The position numbers and the translations under genes were made by a program. From NCBI GenBank assembly GCA_965261595.1, contig CBDHDG010000003.1:32001-96000 (forward strand): 64,000 nt of DNA, given 5' to 3'. The notes below the pieces were generated by a model. That model saw nothing but the letters and a program-made list of their open reading frames with translations, did not search any database and had not been told where the DNA came from. Shown here piece after piece: positions 60,664-64,000 of this stretch (position 1 is its first letter; each line of letters opens with the position of its first letter). The stretch is from a bacterium (GTDB taxonomy: Bacteria > UBA8248 > JACPRG01 > G963555815).

Positions 60664-61161
60664 TCAGCCGCCCGCTTCGCGGATCTCGATGAGCATCACG
60701 CCATCGAGCCGGGTCCGGCCGCACATTCGGGCCAGCGCAAAGAGGTTTTCCGTCACCTGCGCGAAGACGGTCACCCGGTGGGGGCCGGAGGGCATCCGGA
60801 ACCCGCACACGCCGTACGCCAGCGCCATTTCCTGCTCATCGACGTCGTACGTAAGATGGCCGGGCGCCCCGTAGGTCATGATGTTCTCCAACGTCTCGAC
60901 CGGCAGGTCCACCTTTTCCAGGCAGCGTATCATGTCTCCCGACCAGGCCACATGGACGGCGTGTCCCTGGATGGGCAGGCGCCGCCAGAACGCCTCGCAG
61001 GTCTTCGGCGCGCCCCTCTCAAGGAGGGCCCCCGCGGCCGTAACGCCGTTGAGCTCGATCTCGAAGCGCCGCGCGCCGGGTTCCGGGATGAGGTGGCGCG
61101 CCCACTTCTTGTTCCACGCCTCGTCCCAAACCCGCCGCAGCTTTTCCATGTCCGGGCTCAT
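60664..61161 (-). CDS. DUF3830-like (cyclophilin-fold) protein, paralog 2
   Basis: APKTCEAFW.RLP...HVAWSG...LEN...E.ALAYG. Confidence 0.75.
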   Translation of the reverse strand: MSPDMEKLRRVWDEAWNKKWARHLIPEPGARRFEIELNGVTAAGALLERGAPKTCEAFWRRLPIQGHAVHVAWSGDMIRCLEKVDLPVETLENIMTYGAPGHLTYDVDEQEMALAYGVCGFRMPSGPHRVTVFAQVTENLFALARMCGRTRLDGVMLIEIREAGG

Positions 61162-61238
61162 TCGATCCGCCTCCGGGCGCCTTGTTGAAGTCGAATGCCG
61201 CGCCTCCCCCCATTTGCCGACACGCACGGCGCCCTCGC

Positions 61239-61736
61239 TCACCCGCCGGCCGCCCGAAGCTCCACAGGCATCACGCCGTCGAGTCGGGTTCTGCCGCACA
61301 TATGGGCCAGCGCACAGAGGTTCTCCGTCACCTGCGCGAAGACGGTCAGCCGGTGAGGGCCGGAGGGCATCCGGAACCCGCACACGCCGTAGACCAGGGC
61401 GATCTCCCGCTCCTCGACGTCGAAGGTGATGTGGCCGGGCGCGCCGTACGTCATGACGTTCTCGAACCCGGCCACCGGAAGGTCCACCTTCTCCACGTAG
61501 CGGATCATGTCGCCCGACCAGGCCGCGTTGATGGCGTGCCCGCAGATGGGCAGGCTTTTCCAGAAGGCCTCGCAGGTCTTCGGCGCGCCCTTCTCAAGGA
61601 GGGCCCCCACGGCCGTGACGCCGTTGATCTCAATCTCGAAACGCCGCGCGCCGGGCTCCGGGATGAGGTGGCGCACCCACTTCTTGTTCCAAGCCTCGTC
61701 CCAATCCTCTCGCAGCTTGTCCATGTCCAGGCTCAT
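61239..61736 (-). CDS. DUF3830-like protein, paralog 1
   Basis: Closely similar to 60664-61161. ATGA overlap with the upstream hydrolase. Confidence 0.75.
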   Translation of the reverse strand: MSLDMDKLREDWDEAWNKKWVRHLIPEPGARRFEIEINGVTAVGALLEKGAPKTCEAFWKSLPICGHAINAAWSGDMIRYVEKVDLPVAGFENVMTYGAPGHITFDVEEREIALVYGVCGFRMPSGPHRLTVFAQVTENLCALAHMCGRTRLDGVMPVELRAAGG

Positions 61737-62608
61737 GTCTTCGACCTTTCGGCGCTCCGGTGGATTCGGTTCCCGGCCGGCCGGGGCTCTGAAACGGCCC
61801 CGTAGAGCTCGGGCCGCCGATCCTCCAACAGGCGGAGCTCGAACTCGCCGGGCTTCAGGACGAGGTTTCGCTCGCGCGACGCACTGGGATCGATGTCGGC
61901 GTAGATGATGTCCGGGACGTCGGCCGCCGCCTCGGCCAGGATCTCGCCCTCGGGGCCGCAGATCTGGCTGCGTCCGAAAAACCGCGCGCCGCGCTCCTCC
62001 CCGCCCCGGTTGGCCGCGATGATGTAGAGATGGTTCTCGCGGGCGCGCGCCCGGACGACGTAATCCGGGTTCGCCTCCCGGCCGGCGGGCCAGTTCGTGG
62101 GCAGAAGGAGCAGGTCCATTCCTTCCAGCACCAGCGAGCGCGCGGGCTCGGGAAAGAAGTTGTCGTAGCAGATGAGGATGCCGATGCGCCCGATGGCGGT
62201 CTCGACGATGTCGAGCGGGCCCGGGCCGGGGTCCAAGAAGCGGTCCACGCCCAGGCGGGGGAGGTGGGTCTTCCGGTAAACGTGCAGGATGACCCCCTGC
62301 GGGCCGATGAGGACGGCTGTGTTGTAAAGGCTCTCTCCCTCCCGCTCCAGGAGCCCGGCCACGACGTAGGCGTCCGTCTCGCGGGCCTTGGCCGCCAGGG
62401 CCTCGGTGGAGGGGCCGGGGACCTCCTCGGCCTGGGCCTCCGCCTCTTTCCGGCTGTCGAAGCAATACCCCGTCAGGCCGCACTCGGGGAGGACGACGAG
62501 GCGGGCCCCGCGGGCCGCGCATTCATCGATGAGACGGAGCGACTCGACCAGGTTGGCCCGCCGGTCGGCGAAGGCGGGAATCGTTTGGACGGCGGCGCAG
62601 GTGATCAT
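61733..62608 (-). CDS. Carbon-nitrogen hydrolase
   Basis: VLPE, YRKTHL, ICYD, RAREN, ANRGG. Confidence 0.92.
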   Translation of the reverse strand: MITCAAVQTIPAFADRRANLVESLRLIDECAARGARLVVLPECGLTGYCFDSRKEAEAQAEEVPGPSTEALAAKARETDAYVVAGLLEREGESLYNTAVLIGPQGVILHVYRKTHLPRLGVDRFLDPGPGPLDIVETAIGRIGILICYDNFFPEPARSLVLEGMDLLLLPTNWPAGREANPDYVVRARARENHLYIIAANRGGEERGARFFGRSQICGPEGEILAEAAADVPDIIYADIDPSASRERNLVLKPGEFELRLLEDRRPELYGAVSEPRPAGNRIHRSAERSKT

Positions 62609-62952
62609 TCGTCCATCTCCGTAATTTTCCGGTACAGGAAGATCTGCGGGTTCCTCACGTAGGGTTTCAGATGCGCCCAGCCCCGCCGGCTTTGGAACTC
62701 GGGGGTGTCGAGGGCCTTCTCCGAATCGATTTCATAGATGGCGACGTATTTAGGGCAGGTGAAAGTCGGAGGGGCCGCGCCTTTTTGCGTGGAAATGGGG
62801 GTGGCCACAAAGCGCCTTGCCCTCCGGAATCCCGGACAGTCGATGATCTCTGGCAGGTGGACCTCGTCGTACCATCGGTTGAACTCTTCTTCATGGGCCG
62901 GGTCGATGTCCACCCGGACCTCCATGATCATGCCGCCGTCTGTTTCCGCCAT
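62605..62952 (-). CDS. Small dimeric alpha/beta-barrel protein (DUF4286/EthD-like)
   Basis: EEEFNRWYDEVHLPEI...PGFRRARRF...YVAIYE. Confidence 0.75.
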   Translation of the reverse strand: MAETDGGMIMEVRVDIDPAHEEEFNRWYDEVHLPEIIDCPGFRRARRFVATPISTQKGAAPPTFTCPKYVAIYEIDSEKALDTPEFQSRRGWAHLKPYVRNPQIFLYRKITEMDE

Positions 62953-62998
62953 CTGAACGCTCCCCCTTTCCGATCCCTATTATTCGGGTGGACGCATT

Positions 62999-63385
62999 TT
63001 ATCGCTTTTTGAATTCCCCGGCGACCGGCCGTTTCCGGATGGCCCCGCCCATCCCGGCGGGCGGAGAGAAGATCCCCAAAAAACGAACGGGCTCATCGTG
63101 CGGATTGGTGTGCTGGTGGGTCGCGCCCGGCGGGATGAACAGAAGCGAGCCGGGGACCAGGCGGTGCGTCTCGCCCTCAGGCGTCACGATGACCTGTTCG
63201 CCCTCCAGGACGAAAAGAATCTCCTCCTCCTCGCGCGAGTGGACGTCGCTCTTCGCGCCCGGGGGCAATTCGGCGTGGCACACCATGACGTTCTTCGCGC
63301 CCGTCGCCTCGTCCACCAGGACCTTCGTCAATCGGCCGCCCGGGGCCTCGTATGCGGTCTCGTCCCGGATGTTCACGTGTCTCAT
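62999..63385 (-). CDS. Cupin domain protein
   Basis: PGAKSDVHSREEEEILFVLEG and FIPPGATHQHTN. Confidence 0.88.
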   Translation of the reverse strand: MRHVNIRDETAYEAPGGRLTKVLVDEATGAKNVMVCHAELPPGAKSDVHSREEEEILFVLEGEQVIVTPEGETHRLVPGSLLFIPPGATHQHTNPHDEPVRFLGIFSPPAGMGGAIRKRPVAGEFKKR

Positions 63386-63709
63386 GCGGTAGGACTCCTG
63401 TGCGGCGGGCCGCTTTCCGGAATCGGGATTGAGCCCTGTCCGTATCACTTTGTTCCAGCGGCGCGGCGCGCCGGATTCAGCCTCGCATCATGCGCCGGCC
63501 GAAAGGGGGCGAGAGTCGGTTGACTCCGTCCCTTCGTGTGTCCTGGACGGTCGCGAGAAGTCCGGCCGTAGATTTTTCCCGGTGGAAGGGGAGGGGGTCG
63601 TGGCAAAGGAGAGGCCGTTCAGGTTCCGTGAGCCCGGCCCTCCATGACGGACGCGAGGGCGGCGTCGCGTCCATCATGAGTCGCTCCCGGTTCCCGTATT
63701 TCGAATAGG

Positions 63710-64000
63710 TTAATCGAGCTTGACGGAGCCCATTTTGGGCACGCTCGTGTCCCAGAATTTCCAGCGTTTTGGCCGGACCGTGATGCGGACGCGCTCTTTT
63801 TGCCCCGGCATCCCCTTGAGATATCCTTCCACGGCCCCTTGGCCCAGGTAATGGACGATGGAAGGGGTGAAGTACTCATGGTCCTTGCCTTTCGGTTCGG
63901 ACACCTCCGCGCTTCCTTCTGCCGTCACGCCTTTGTAGGGCGGTTTCTGGTCATCCATGACGATGGAAATGGCCGGGTTTCGCCTGAGGTTCTTCACCGT
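63710..64000 (-). CDS. Pyridoxamine 5'-phosphate oxidase-like (PPOX) protein, 5' end outside the window
   Basis: KNLRRNPAISI...PYKGVTAEG...RVRITVRP. Confidence 0.75.
   Translation of the reverse strand, partial: TVKNLRRNPAISIVMDDQKPPYKGVTAEGSAEVSEPKGKDHEYFTPSIVHYLGQGAVEGYLKGMPGQKERVRITVRPKRWKFWDTSVPKMGSVKLD

Overview
GC-rich bacterial window with two halves. Positions 1 to ~25,000 are a heavily IS-disrupted integrative/plasmid-like island. It carries backbone genes (RHH-like protein, DUF2493/SLOG, DUF4326, TOPRIM primase, an ssb remnant), an NCS2 permease with an RsbW-like tail, and a broken defence locus (DncV-like CD-NTase, E2 protein, the C-terminus of a second CdnE-like cyclase, and a Rad50/RloC-like ATPase). 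It also has tandem tyrosine integrases and IS3, IS110, IS256, IS1595 and IS5 elements or remnants. The strongest result is a complete IS110 element (2756-4462) whose non-coding left end contains a readable bridge RNA: four guide segments match the element's own donor junction and its actual insertion site around a TC core. Positions ~25,000-64,000 look chromosomal: N-heterocycle/amide catabolic genes (cysteine hydrolase, hydantoinase A/B, M20, triple Rid, UbiD, Mo-hydroxylase large subunit, amidohydrolases, BMP-type ABC transporter, nitrilase-family and creatininase-family genes), typA, a doubly frameshifted adenylate cyclase-ATPase-TPR gene, and a PilZ-PAS histidine kinase split by an IS3. 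No rRNA, intact tRNA or CRISPR array was seen. All family assignments come from motif recognition by eye, not from database searches.
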